A stretch of DNA of 64,000 bases from Amoebidium appalachense (GCA_963693365.1 CAVNZM010000008.1:3253572-3317571); one strand, 5' to 3'; shown: positions 30,407 to 52,777, counted from the stretch's first letter. Made by a program: numbers and translations. Notes: generated from the letters alone by a model not told the origin.

Positions 30407-32227
30407 CCTGCAGTTGCCGGATCTGCCAAATGTTATGACCCTTTTCCCTTTCATTTACCCCCCCCCCCCCTTTCTTGCCCCCCTCCCACGGCGGACCCTG
30501 GGCAGTGGCGGCGGTAGCACACTATGTATTCCCCCCCCCCCGCCCAGCTTGATTCACCCTAGCTCTAGTGTAAAAAAATAATCATTATCAGCCACAAACC
30601 CTTCTAGTACACTCGCCCCAAATGTCATATTCACATTTATCCCATTCCGAAATGAGCAAATCAATCTGGCTATTTCCGCTTTTCCTTTTTCTCAATTTTG
30701 CATTTCTCCCCAGTCGTATTTTCACAATTTCTGGATAAAACGAGATATTTTTTTATTTTCTCTATTTTTCAATTTTGCAGATTTCGGCATTTTTGCAATA
30801 ACAACCTTTTTGCGAGTGAATGTGTACCCTACTTGAAGCTTAAGTAAATAATATTGAGACAATGGCATCTCAAACTCTCATTAGTCGTGATACACAGTTC
30901 ACGCCCGTTTTTAGTTTCAGGCCTGGGGCCAGAGTTGGCCCACCAGACTTGCATGGTATACGTGCAGGCTCCACTAAGCCACAGTAATAATGGTGAGTGT
31001 CGTTTTTGTACAGCTGCCCCCCCCCTAACCCCCTCCTCCTTCCTCTCCCCCTCCCCCCTCCTTCTGCCCCTCCCCTCCCCCTCCTGCTCCATCCCTCTCT
31101 GTCTCCCTCTCCCTTTCCACCCCTCCCTTCCTCCCTCCCCCCCCTTCCCCCCCTCCCCTCTCCCTCCCTCCCCGCTACCGCGCTCTCTCACCCTCCCTCC
31201 CTCCCTCCCTCCCCTCCCTCCCCTCTTTACCCCCGGCTCTCTGTCCCTCCCTCCCTCTTTCTCTCCTGTCCCCCTCTCCGAGTCCCTCTCGCACTCCCTC
31301 CTTCTTTCCTCTCCCCCCCCCCCCTGTCCCCCCTCTCTCTCCCTCCCCATGCCCCCCCACTCTCTCCCTTCTGTGAATATTGAGGTTCCCCCACTTGCTG
31401 TCCGTCCGTCCATTCCTCCATCTCTTTCCTTCCCCCCCCCCCCCTTCCTCCCTCCCCTGTCTCTGTTGCTCGCCCCCTCCCTCCGCCCGCCCCCCCCCCC
31501 CCCCCCCCCCCCCCGCCTCCACCCAACCAACCCCACGTCTCGCTCCCTCCCTCCCTCCCTCCCGCTCCCTCCCTGTCCCTCTCTCTCTCCCCCTCCCTCC
31601 CTCTCTCTCCCCCCTCCCTCCCCCTCCCCCCGCCCCCCTCTCTCTCTCCCTCTCTCCTCTCTTCCCCTCCTCCCCCCCCTCCCCCCCTCCCTCCCCCCCC
31701 CCCTTCTCCCCACTCGCTCCCTCCTGCCACCTTTCTCTGCTTTCTTATTCTGTCTGACTGGGCTACGTCCTGTTCTAACTTTTAGCTCTCGAAATGTCTC
31801 AACACTTGTGCCTTTTCGTCTGTTGCCCCCATTTCCTTTTCTGTCCAAGTATTCTGTGTGAGGCATCTAAGGGAGTGGGCAGGCTCGTGTGTGCAACGGC
31901 AACAGATAGTGTTGGCAGTTGCATTTGTCTTTTTGCAAAATTTTTGTGTTCATGGCTGTCATAGCCCACACACGTGCGAGTGCTTGCCGTATGCACAGGT
32001 GTTTCTTACTTCCCCCGTTTGTCTCTTTAACATGTCAATGCTTCCTAGTCCTGTCTGCTTGTCGTTGCACACACATGCGTATGGTGGGTGGATAGCGGGC
32101 AAAGTGGTGTGTGCCCTTTGTTTTGCAATGACTGATTCATGTTGTCCGTCATGAAAAAAAAAAACAAGGCATTCTAACCCTTTTTAATCCCCCCCCCCCC
32201 CCCCCCCCCCACCACCACCACCACTAC

Positions 32228-32280
<53 letters not shown>

Positions 32281-32517
32281 CACTTACATGCACAAAAGGT
32301 CGTCGCCCCATTCTTTGTGCTGTTCCTCCTTTATTCCTATCTTGTTTCCATCTGGACCTCCTTATTGTTTATTTCCCCCCGTGCCCAGCCCTCAGTCTTC
32401 GACTTCTCGTTATCGACGATCTCTCTCTCTCTCTCCCCCCCCCTGAGTTGATTTAGTTGTGTATTTTACTCTATTTTTTTTCAACAACTGTCTGCTATTA
32501 AAACATTAAAATGTACA

Positions 32518-32560
<43 letters not shown>

Positions 32561-33100
32561 ATATATAATTTACCGTCCTCATCCCCGTGTCCCCCTAAAC
32601 CGGTGTTAGCAGACCTTTGAGGTTTTTGTGATTGGATTGGTAGTTCTATTACATTAAAATTTTCAAAATGTCGTTGTACCAATGATATAGTACTTTGTAA
32701 AACAATGTCGCCGAATTTCTCCAAAAAAAGTGCGTTCCATTCTGGGTTAGAAGCGAAAACCGTTTTGATACGGGAACCACGTGATCTCTGCCGTCAATTC
32801 AGGCCAGCGTGTTCTCAGTAGACTCCGAACCCGCTGGTTTTTTTCTTTTTATTTCAAAGCCCCGAGTACGTACATCCTCTCGGGCCCAACTTTAGGGCAC
32901 TATATTTCAATTTTCTCATTAACAAATTTATAGTTATTTTATGCTTTTTCATTAGTATCTCAAGAATATTTAGCGATTTTGATGTCATAAAAACAACTAA
33001 GCAACGTTTCGATGGTTTTGGATGCCTCACAAAATGACCTTAGGTCCCCTCCAAATTCCGGATTTGAGGTCCGGCAAACAACGCATTATATATATAGATA

Positions 33101-33159
33101 ATAAATTTGACACCCCGATGCATAGTAATAGCTACTACATGCGCAAGACTTAGCTGCGC

Positions 33160-33214
<55 letters not shown>

Positions 33215-33466
33215 AGGGCCCCCCCCCCCAGGGCCAAATTTCGCGACCATTCCACTCAACAAACACTAGCACTCAAGCACGAATACAGACATTGTGTGAA
33301 ACAAGACACACCTGCAGACACACACACACGGACACACGCAAACGCGCGCACGGATGCGCGCACACTCACATGCATGTACAAACTTGCACGCATGTCCTAA
33401 GCCAAGCGTGCCGTGCACAAACACACTGCACACGCGTACGTGCACCGAACAAGCAGGTGTACACCG
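33101..33466 (+). repeat. Repeat family B copy 2
   Basis: Collinear with 29601-29977, with indels and different poly-C lengths. Confidence 0.8.
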
Positions 33467-34081
33467 GCACGCACACGTGCATGCGCACAGTCACACACAC
33501 ACACACAACACACACACACACACACACATACACAGCACACACACACCTTTTGGTTGTGTGCACATGACGACACCAAATAGACATGTTCCCATGAATGCGC
33601 AGCAGCCACGTTCGTTATGGCAGGTGTAGCCAATCACAATGCCACTCCAAATTCACCATTATTTTTTTTTGCCCCGCAATGTATTTGGTGATATATACTG
33701 AGTCAATGAATAATCCACATCTATATATGAGGCAGTAATACGTGTAACTTCACCATGCCACCAGGCTGTCAGGCAATTGCATGCAACTCACAAAGTATGT
33801 TCATCATTTCATGCAGCAAAAGGCTTATATGACTTATTATTCTCCCTGCGATACTAGGTTCCTCCAACAAAAAACAACGGAGAAAATGCACATATATCAG
33901 AAGGAGAAAACCGGAGTCGAACTCTCTACATCCCCCCCCCCCCCCCCTCCCCCTTCCCCACGGGGGGTCACAAAAAGAACAAAAAGAAAAGAAGAAAAGT
34001 AGAAGAAGAAAACCACCGCCACTTGCAATTCTCCTGCACCCACAGTATGAATGGAGGGAAAGGTGGAGGAGGAGAAGGCGT

Positions 34082-34183
<102 letters not shown>

Positions 34184-34480
34184 GACAAAATTTCAAGCCT
34201 ACCCAGTCTTTAACATTCTTACTGTATAGCCACACAAACACATACTGACGTGTTGCCGCACGTGCGACGTTATACATCTACTCAGGCGGCTCTTTCAAGC
34301 AAAAAAAAAAAAAAAAGAAGAAGAAGAAAGGAGACACCGCCTCAGTAGGTGGTAGATAGCCACACCATGGTTAGTCCCCCGTCTGTGTGTGTGTGTGTGT
34401 GTGCGCGCGCGCGCGCGCGTGTGTGTGTGTCAAGGTCTGGTATGTATGCAACCACACTGTCTTGTCCTGTTTACGTGTGG

Positions 34481-35693
34481 TCAGACAGTTTCTATCCCGT
34501 GTTGTGTGCGCATATGCCTCTTAGCATCACTGCTTTTAGCAAACGACCACGTGCAATCAGAATATTCACACTTGTACGGTTTTTCTCTCGTGTGTGTGCG
34601 CATATGCGCTGTAAGGTTTGATTTCCGTGAAAACCGTTTAGTGCATCCAGGGTATGTGCAAGGGTGTGGCTGCTCCCCCGTGTGTGTGAGCATATGATCA
34701 GCAAGGGCATTTGTTTGGACAAACCTGCTTGAACAGCCGGGGTATTCACATAGGTAGGGTCTCTCTCCCGTATGTGTACGCATATGCTTATGAAGACTAC
34801 CATTAAGTGCAAACCTCCTTGAGCAGCCGGGGATTTCACATATATAAGGCCTCTCCCCCGTGTGTGTGCGTCTATGTTCGCTCAGGCTATAACTAGTGGG
34901 AAAGGCAAGTCCACAACCAGAGTAGGGGCACGGATAAGGCCTCTCCCCTGTGTGTGTGAGCAGGTGTCTGGTTAACTGGGATTTTTGTGCAAATGACCAG
35001 CTGCAACCGTTATTTGGACACTTGTGCTGTCTCTCCCCCGTGTGTGTATAGATGTGCCTTTTTAGTGAGCTTGGGTTGGCAAACCGTTTGCCGCAACCCT
35101 CGTGTTCACAAACATAGGGCCTCCCTCCTGTGTGTGCGCGCACATGACTTCTCAGATGAGAGCTTTGCCCAAACCGTGCACCACAGCCAAGGGCACACAT
35201 ATAGCCTCTCTCCCGTATGTGTCCGAAGATGTCTAACCATGCTGCCGCTCTTGTGAGTGGCGTATCCACAGTACTTGCACGCCAGAACACGCCGTGTCTT
35301 CTCTTCCCCGTCCATATCCATCACCTCCCTTCCCTCTTCATCTTCGTTGCTCTCTCGCCTCACCCCCGCCTCTTCCTCCACCCCCGCCTCTTCCTCCACA
35401 CCCGCCTCTTCTTTCACACCCTCCCCTTCCTCCATCCCCGCCTCTTCCTCCATCCCCGCCCCTTCCTCCACCCCCGCCTCTTCCTCCTCACCCGCCTCTT
35501 CCTCCATACCCGCCCCTTCCTCCACACCCGCCTCTTCCGCCATCTCCGCCTCTTCCTCCGCCCCCGCCTCTTCCTCCATCCCCGCCTCTTCCTTAACACG
35601 TGTCTCTTCCTTCACCACCACCTCGCCCCTCGCCTGTACCCATGCCTGCCAGCTGCGCGTGATCGACCTCGTTTGAGTAGTCGGAGGGGTCAT
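34481..35693 (-). pseudogene. Intronless C2H2 zinc-finger transcription factor (acidic N-terminus + 9 fingers) with a frameshift in finger 2 (~35190); pseudogene or assembly error
   Basis: ORF 35106-35693 ends ...HTGERLYVCP and ORF 34481-35290 continues GCGARFGQSSHLRSH...; repeated CX4C..F..L..H..HTGERPY units. Confidence 0.85.
35361..35595 (-). repeat. Coding 18-bp minisatellite (EEEAG[M/V]-like hexapeptide, about 13 units)
   Basis: cccgcctcttcctcca(c/t)x repeated with period 18. Confidence 0.9.
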
Positions 35694-35875
35694 TCTTATG
35701 TTTGGGTCGGGCTAAATGGCATGTGTACGTGTGTCGAGAAAAAACTAAAATGCCGAGACTCCGCCGGGTGTTCAAGGTTGGCTTTCAACCAGTTCTCGTG
35801 CGGTCACTGTGGCGTTGGCGCCACCAAACGTATTTTTGGTAGTCTGAAGGGTGATACCTCGAGAGCTTGATTTAG

Positions 35876-35921
35876 CCAATGATCATAGCTGAAACTCAAT
35901 GGTCCATGACGTCATGATTGG
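35876..35921. promoter_or_regulatory. CCAAT - CRE (catgacgtcatg) - ATTGG cluster upstream of the zinc-finger gene
   Basis: TGACGTCA at 35907-35914 with CCAAT boxes in opposite orientations on each side. Confidence 0.45.
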
Positions 35922-36206
35922 GGGCTAAAACCGAGGGTGTCACGCGCGAAAGACGAACCGGGGCTCCGGGAAAGTGGGCGGAGGAAGAAACAGCCGACGT
36001 TCAAAAGGAAAGCGCCTCCGGCGGTTATAACTTATGATATGCACACATATGGCATATGCACACATAGGCATATGCATATATATGGTACACGCACGCGCGC
36101 GTACACCCATGCGCACGAACTAAGGCTTCCTATATACTAACAAGGAGGCCTTGACACGAACACACATGTACATACGTGCGTGCACACACACAAACACGCA
36201 CACGCG

Positions 36207-36283
<77 letters not shown>

Positions 36284-36472
36284 ACACACGTGTACACACC
36301 AAGTTTTACACGCACGCACGAAAGCACGCATTAAACACACATGCACACAGACACACGTGCACACAGTCAGACACACACCACACACGCACACACACACACA
36401 CACATTTCCCCTCTACAACATACACAGTGACAAATATACACATGTACACACACACACGCACACATATACCCG

Positions 36473-36585
<113 letters not shown>

Positions 36586-36696
36586 TGCACACACACAACG
36601 TGCACACAGTCACACACACACACCACACACACGCACACACACACACACAGCGACAAATACACACATGTACACACACACACACGCACATATACCCGG

Positions 36697-36763
<67 letters not shown>

Positions 36764-37043
36764 AGTTTTTCAATGGTTCTATGGTGCACGATTGTACAAT
36801 ATCATGCCAGCCAAGCCGCAGAGTTTAATCATTGGTAACATCATTAGTGAAGTGGGCTTCAAACATATCCGATATTCCTTTCAGGCTACTAAATAGTAGA
36901 CTGAAGGAAATTATTATTAGTGAAGTTCTATCGCCATTATTCTACGGACAGTCGACTCGTGCGTGGCAACTCCCATGACTAGTGTTCATTCGTCGACATG
37001 CCCATGTCCCTGTGTGCTTGCGACGTGCGCTGCCCATGTGTGT

Positions 37044-37115
<72 letters not shown>

Positions 37116-37173
37116 TGTGTGTGTGTGTGTGAGAGCGTGCGTGCGCGTGCGTGTTTGTGTGTGTGTGTGTGTG

Positions 37174-37244
<71 letters not shown>

Positions 37245-37352
37245 CGTGTTTGTGTGTGTTTTTTGGTGTGTGTCTGTATGTGTGTGTGTGTGCACGTGTG
37301 TGTGTGTGTGCGCGCGCGGGGGTTTGTGTGTGTGTGTGTGTGTGTGAGGGCG

Positions 37353-37399
<47 letters not shown>

Positions 37400-37438
37400 A
37401 TGTGTGTGTACGTGCGTGTTTGTGTGTATGTGTGTGTT

Positions 37439-37524
<86 letters not shown>

Positions 37525-38827
37525 TGAACTGACATGTGTTTGGTAACGTGGAGAAGAGCGTGGCGGTGCCAGTAGCCATGGTCACAGTGTGGCATCCAGC
37601 TTTTACTTCCAATTATCCCTTTGTTTTTTTTTCGCTTCAGTCTATGTTCCTACTTTTTTTTTACTTTACAAAGACTTTTTTTTTACGCGCCAAAACTTCC
37701 CCCAGAGTCTACATAGATTTGGCTAATCGGTGGGATTATAGCCCTGGCTTAATTCCGTTAGAAGCAAACAGACGCCGCCATTAAAAGGCAGCTAGCTGTC
37801 AACTTATGCAATCTTTGGAGTGTCGCATGTTTGCGTGCGCGCGGTGCTGTGAGTGGTGTTGGTGGTTTTCAAGGCCTCCTACATGTAAATAGCACACCTT
37901 TTTTAGGGCTTGGTAGTTTTGCATACACTCTAGTCATGTGTGCGCGTGAACTAGCCTACAGGCACATGTGCATGGGGTAAAAATAGCCTAACAATAGTAT
38001 TAGTGATGTCATGATGTGTGTACGTGCGCATGCCTTGGTGAAGTGCGTGTGTGGTGCTAAACAGAGAACATCGTGTTTTATCTGATCAGATGACGCGTGC
38101 AAGTATCTTCTTCCATTTTTTCTGTTCTTTTCCGTTTTTTTCGTTCGTGGTTGTTGTTGACGTTGGTGGTCGTGTGTGTGTATGTACGTGCTTGTGAGTG
38201 CGTGAGTGAGTGAGAGTGTGTTTGGGGGAAGGGGGGGGGGGGGGGGGGGGGGGTAGCTCGAGATTGTGCTAATTAGTTTGTGCACGATCAACGCGCATTA
38301 TTATTTTCAATTTAGTCGTATCATGTGACCAAAGATTAAGTTTTCATATATACAGTATGTGCTTATGTGCCAGTGGCATCTCAAAAAGCAAAATAAAATA
38401 AAAAGAAAGAAAATCATTTGGAACCCAGTCTTGGTGTGTTTCCATGCTGTAGGTATCATACTGTTTAAAAAATAGGGTACGTGGGATATTTACATTTGGA
38501 AAATACGAAAAGTCACAGTGGTCCGTCGGTATCTCATTCGCAAACAATTGGACTCGTCAGCGACTGAAAGAAAAACTCTAGTCGAAGGAGAGGGAGAAAA
38601 TAATAATAATAATAAAAGTTTACGGCAGAAAACAAATACCAACACTTGAACCGCTATATACAAGATTGACCCATCGTATCATAGGAGTAGTGATTATTAT
38701 TGTATGCACGTACTCAATTTCGGCATCCCCAGAAAATAAAGTGCAACCTGAGAACCGTTGACCAGTCATTGTTTTGCGTTTTAAGCAAAGAAAAAATAAG
38801 GAACCAATCACAAGTGGGAAAATACGA

Positions 38828-39766
38828 CTAATCAATGACAACAACATCTCCAGGCATCCCTGATTGTTGAGCACAAGCGATCGTTGACGCAATCGGTTGA
38901 TCGGCATCTGAATGATCATCAGAAGCAGATTGGCCGCCGTGTTGAAATTCCCCCGTCCCCAAATTTATGTTTGGTTTAGGACACAGAGGTGGGCGCCAGG
39001 AGGGCGGCTTGGGAGAGGGTTCCTTTGGTGGACCGTACGGGCAAGTGTAATTTGCGATAGCATGGACCTGCACCATCGCCAACATTGCCTGTGCCGGTTG
39101 GACCATCCTCGGCGCCACCATAGCGTAGTACTGCAAGGAAATCGCACTTTCAAACATTGCCGATTTAAGTTCCCAGGCTACCCTTTCCAACTTCTCGACG
39201 TTTTCCTTCGCCTGTAGCGCCTCCATAGTTTTCATTGCCGCCCTCTGTTCTAGCGCCTTCCGCTCCCTCTTTCTTCGCAACCGCGCACGTGCCGAATGTT
39301 CGCGGCACCGCGCCAGAGCCTCTGCGTCCCGTCTCCTCTTTCTCTTTGGCTTTACTTTGCGTGGCGGCTCGTTTTGTTGCGGTTCGGGCAGCGTGGATTG
39401 AAGAGCCTCCGTCACCTGCGGATCGGATTGTATTTGCTGATGGTTGGTTGGTGTTTCGTGCTCGGCTAGCGGCCACTCATACTCGCTCGAACTTGCCCCT
39501 CGTGGTGTGGTGGCGCTCGCTGGGGACATGACAAATGGTGTTGGTGTTCCGCAGGACGAAAACATATCCATTTGTAGATATTCCATGCCTTGCATATCAT
39601 CCCCGGAGTCGGACTGAACTAAATGCCTGTCATCTTGATATGAATATTCGTGTGGAAAATCATCGTATATCTCGTTGCTGCCAGCGGAGAATGGGTCAGC
39701 CTCCGAGGGTGTGGCAGGCATGTTGTCTTCCCACCAGGGGGCACCTAATGCTGGGAGAGAGGCCAT
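38828..39766 (-). CDS. Intronless bZIP-like transcription factor (312 aa)
   Basis: Acidic/Ser-Pro N-terminus; basic region KRKRRRDAEALARCREHSARARLRRKRERKALE followed by a heptad coiled coil. Confidence 0.75.
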   Translation of the reverse strand: MASLPALGAPWWEDNMPATPSEADPFSAGSNEIYDDFPHEYSYQDDRHLVQSDSGDDMQGMEYLQMDMFSSCGTPTPFVMSPASATTPRGASSSEYEWPLAEHETPTNHQQIQSDPQVTEALQSTLPEPQQNEPPRKVKPKRKRRRDAEALARCREHSARARLRRKRERKALEQRAAMKTMEALQAKENVEKLERVAWELKSAMFESAISLQYYAMVAPRMVQPAQAMLAMVQVHAIANYTCPYGPPKEPSPKPPSWRPPLCPKPNINLGTGEFQHGGQSASDDHSDADQPIASTIACAQQSGMPGDVVVID

Positions 39767-39869
39767 TTTTTTTGGCTTTGCTGTGAAGACAGTGAAATGT
39801 TTCCAAAATCAATGTGTGTTTGTGGTATTGGTGTGCGCTTTGCGGTGCGGTTCACTCGCTGGTGTGTGT

Positions 39870-39919
<50 letters not shown>

Positions 39920-40048
39920 CTAAGTAAAATGAGATGTGTGTGGGCGTAGCCTGTCCTGTGGGCCTCAGCAATCGAAACGGAGAAGTGGTGTGCTTGTTAG
40001 AGAGCTAAAAGATGTTTGACAAGGGAGGAACACCGAAAGTATGTGCAT

Positions 40049-40144
40049 ATTTATACCACGAATTAAAACTGCATGAGTGTGTATACACGTGTATGCACAT
40101 ACACGTGGTTAACAACGTTACTACCGGGTACAAAGATGACTCAT
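40049..40144 (-). promoter_or_regulatory. bZIP gene promoter: TATA (40049-40055, -), two CACGTG boxes, perfect AP-1/GCN4 site ATGACTCAT (40136-40144)
   Basis: Motifs read directly, about 280-380 bp upstream of the start codon. Confidence 0.5.
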
Positions 40145-41399
40145 CCGGCTATTGAAGAGCTGATACACTACGGTCGCTGTTCATAAACAACGCTGCACCT
40201 GGCTAAGTGATCATCACCCTATGTTGGTAAACCTGACGAGAAAAGCTCGTGCAAGCGTCTTTATACGCACACAGCGAACTGTCTGGAAGACTGCGGAATC
40301 GAAGGGCCTGGAAGGTCATGGAAGGTTTGGCCAGGGGGACCAATCGGCATTTAGATGCGCTTGTCGAGTCAGGAACCAATCAAAGCGGACGGGGTCATCG
40401 AAACTTCTAGAAGCCCTCCGTCATTAGTCTAGCATGTGATTTCAGTAAAATGACTAACGTATAATATTTTGGGGCCCGGCTTTGACATTCCGGGTTTATG
40501 AGAGTGTTTCACTGTAGACTACCGTCGTGATTGAGCGCGGAGGCTCCGCCCACATGTAGGCTGATACCCGAGCATTTGACAATCGTAGGCTTTAGAATGC
40601 AAAACAATCAGTTAACAAATGCATATTTCATTATTATTTTACAGATTTACTTTGTTACGTGGTTTGACACATGTTTGCAAACTTTGCATGAGCTCTTCAG
40701 GTGTGATCTGTAAGCTATTCTTAATTAGTAAGTGACTCAAGGTAGCCTGAGGTGCGTGATCGCGATCGCTCTCCCTCTACTACGATTATTCATACACCCC
40801 ACCCAAAATATATCAAGTGTTTATTTGTAGTGTGCAAAACTATTGAATACCTGTTAAACTGCTCTTTGTAGTTAGTTTACTACAATATATTTAATGTTTT
40901 ACTTAATATACAGTTATATATGTGGCCTTAAAGGGCCAACAAGACCTCCCTCAGCGTTGGTTTGATAATTATTTTAGGCGCATAAATCGTGGCCCCCTTC
41001 GGAATGCAACTGAATCAGTTCGTAGCCAATCAAGCGTTTTGTGATCACTTAACCTCGCAATTCCCATTGGTAGAATTCACATTACCCAATCACTATGCCC
41101 TCCACCTTGAACTGATTGCTTTTTCTCCGGGGCTTCAAAATGTTTCAATGCAAGAGGGTTCGAAAAAGCATCGAAGGTGCTGGAAGCCGAAGCCTCTGGA
41201 CTCCTGGAGTGGCTTTTTGCAAAGGCTTTGTAAAGGCTTTCTTTTGGATTTGTTTACTTTTTCGCTTTGTTTCGAGAAAAACTACAAAGATCTCCCGAGT
41301 TTTTTAGGCTTTATTCTGTAGCCCACAGAACTCTAGTAAGCTCAACTGCAACTTTTCATAGTAAACAGAGTCATCGAGAAAAAAAGTCATTTCCACACC

Positions 41400-48414
<7,015 letters not shown>

Positions 48415-48419
48415 GTTAC

Positions 48420-48524
<105 letters not shown>

Positions 48525-49793
48525 CGTGACATGTACACACACACACATACAAACACACGGAATGCATGGGGAGGGGGAAGGGGATTGTGTGTGCAATAGA
48601 GACTTGTAGACGCACCCTGAAACGACATTACACACACCAAAAAAAAAGAAAAGGAAGAGCTAGGATGAAAAAAAACGGAAGACACCAAAAGGCAAGCAGA
48701 AGTGTGTGCAGTGTCCGATCATATGTGATGTAAGGTGGCTCAATGGCCATTGATTGCAGCTAGCATGCTGTTTGATGGAGTGTAGTGGGGCTCTGTAGAT
48801 AAACTGATTTTACGATGCACGGCAGGGGGCCCATGTGTTGTCTATTCGTTGCAGATGTTAAGGTGAACTCGTCACTTTGAAAACACATGCGCACACAAGC
48901 ACTGCCAAAACAGCTGCAAAGCACACACGCACACACACACACACACACACACTCACAGAATCTCACACTCACTCACTGCGGCACCAACAACACAAACACA
49001 TACTGAGGAACGTATCTTCTTCTTCTTTCTTTTTTTTCGTAATCACTGTTCAAATTTCATCGGATATGTCAGATGTATTTTAAGGGCCGATTGTTATGTG
49101 AGCCAAACAGAAGAGTAGTGTATGGTTGATTTATTATGCTACTGAGTATAAGTACTGTGTCAGCTGTTAATACTTAGTTGTATTTTTATTCCAACAGTTG
49201 TGATGATTGGACGTTATTTTGTACATGTTTTTTAACTTACCGCCATCCCAGGCTACAGGCAAGTTAGCGTATCGTAGCGTTTAACAACGTGGATATGGAA
49301 AGTTATAGCAACGTTAAGCCGGTGAAGATATAAAGAAAACACACTCCCCCCTCCCCCCCCTCCTCCCCCCCCCCTTTTTTGGCGGTAATGGTCACCGTGG
49401 TGGTGGGTATATATGTATGTGTGGGTTGACGTGTGTGCGTGTGCGTGCGTGCGTGCGCGCGTGTGTGTGTGTGTGTGACGTGTGTGTGACGTGTGTGTGT
49501 GTGTGTGTGTGTGTTTTGGGGGGGGGGGGGGGGGGGGGGGGGGGCGGGGTCGAGGTCCTCTTACACACAATGTCACGCCGCAGACACGCACCGTGACATG
49601 CACACTCACACGCACACTGCAGTGTGCACACACACACACACACACTGACACACAAACACACACACACACATACACCGTGCGCGCACACACACACTGACAC
49701 ACACACAGACGCACACACACGCACACTGTGACGTGTGTCACACACACCGCATGCACACACACGGTGTGTGTGTGTCACACACACACACACTCT

Positions 49794-49923
49794 CTCGCAC
49801 TCACTCCCGGATCGAGCACACAGTGACGTGATTACACAGTACACTAGTTACTGTGACAGTAAACCTTGAAGCGTGAAAGAGCCTCGAGCTCAGCCTCGAG
49901 CTCGATGAGAGACTAGGCCCGAT

Positions 49924-49996
<73 letters not shown>

Positions 49997-50018
49997 GACT
50001 CGGAGAAAGAGATAGAGA

Positions 50019-50052
<34 letters not shown>

Positions 50053-50326
50053 GAGGGAGAGGGAGAGAGAGAGAGAGAGAGCCTTGGACAGTGAGAGAGC
50101 CTGAAAGAGAGTCGAGAGAGAGAGTGTGTGTGTGTGAATGTGTGTGCCATCAAGAGAGAGAGAGAAAGAGAGAGAGAGACGGGACACTGTGGGGGAGAGA
50201 GAGAGACCGGGGAGACAGAGAGAGAGAGAAAGCCCGGCGAGAAACTCAGAAGGGAGGGCAGGGGGGGGGGGGGGGGGGGGGGGGGGGGGAAGGAGAGGGA
50301 TAGGGATGGGCCAGGGCCAGAGATAT
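49794..50326 (+). repeat. Repeat family C copy 1 (unique blocks interleaved with microsatellites)
   Basis: Collinear with 51898-52777. Confidence 0.85.
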
Positions 50327-50999
50327 TATCTAAACTAAAAAGACGTCTCGAACGAGAGTCCTTCAACCGGGCGTCACCGGTTTTCCTAATTTCTGTTAAT
50401 CAAAGCCAATCACAATTAAACGGGAAAATCAAAACAGTGTTCAAAACACCCCGGGAAATCACGCGCGCGAAAAAAAAATAATAAAAAAAATAATAACGCG
50501 CACGCGGCGTTTTTTTTTTTCGTAGGCCATGATGCTTGAAGGAATCCCAAATGCGCACTTCTCTGTCATCGACACACGGCCATCTTTGCTGTTCAAGATG
50601 CCCGTGCTTCGACGGCTGTATGTGGGTCTATAGGGCGCGTTTGTACGCGTAGCCTGGCACGTTACATGTGATGTACGTGTGCAACCACAGATAATCGGGC
50701 AGTACCAGTAACATTGTATCTTCTTTTAATCAAAAACCCACCCCAAAAACCACAACACTCCACGAGTCTACATCCTCTTATCCTTCCTTTCATCTCCTGC
50801 TACGCTCCACTTCGTCTATTCCTGTTTTTGAAATTCGTGTACATCATCACCATTTCTAACCTAACTTGCATCCTGGTCCCCGAAATGTGCCCCAAGTAGA
50901 TAGTTTGTGAGACGATCTCTTGGCTGCTACTCCAATACAAACGCACCCAGCATGCGTTCCCTTTACCAAAGCTTTCTGTGTGCCTGCGGGGTGGGGGGT

Positions 51000-51032
<33 letters not shown>

Positions 51033-51154
51033 AGGGGGGGGGGGAGGGGTTGGGAAGCTGCAGAGTGATGGTCGCTGCATCTGCCACCTGAAGGGCTGGG
51101 GGGCCGGGGGGGGGGGGGGGGGGGGGGTGGAGGGGAGGATGGGTGGGGCCGGGG

Positions 51155-51188
<34 letters not shown>

Positions 51189-51316
51189 CTCTTTCTGTGT
51201 GCCTGCTGCCTGGTTGTGTGTGTACGAGCGTGTGAGGCTGCTGCAGCAGAGTGGTGATCGCTGCATCTGCCATCTGAAGGGGGGGCAAGAAGGGGGAGGG
51301 GGGGATCACAGGGGGG

Positions 51317-51351
<35 letters not shown>

Positions 51352-51897
51352 GGGAGGAGGACTCCGAGGAGACATTGGGCTGCAGCACCAAACACCCGGT
51401 GGCAGTGCACCGGTACCATGGTCAGTCAACAACAACCTGTTTCCCTTTGGGTTGTGCCAATAAACGGTCCGTTGCAACGTGTCCAAGGCTTCAAAACATC
51501 CTTGAGAAGCTTTGTGTGGGCGTGTGAATGTTGTCTTTCCTGGAAATTTTTGTCCGGGGGCAAGGGGGGAAGGGGGGGGGGGGGGGGGGGGGGATGGTGA
51601 AACCCCATATCATGTACAGTAAGTCTAGAACATTCGAATTCACACAGTGTGATAACTTCCCTTCCAATTGACGCCTGCCAGCAGCAAGCACACACACTTC
51701 CGCTTTCCTTATGACCTGGACTGCCCGCTACCCAGACCTACTTGTATATGCATAGAGAGAGAGATAGAGAAGACAGAGAGAGAGAGGAGAGAGGGAGATT
51801 AGTGCAGAGAGAGCCACACACATACACACACCACACATGATACACACACATACACACACCGCGTGCACACACACACACTGTGACACACACACACACA

Positions 51898-52777
<880 letters not shown>

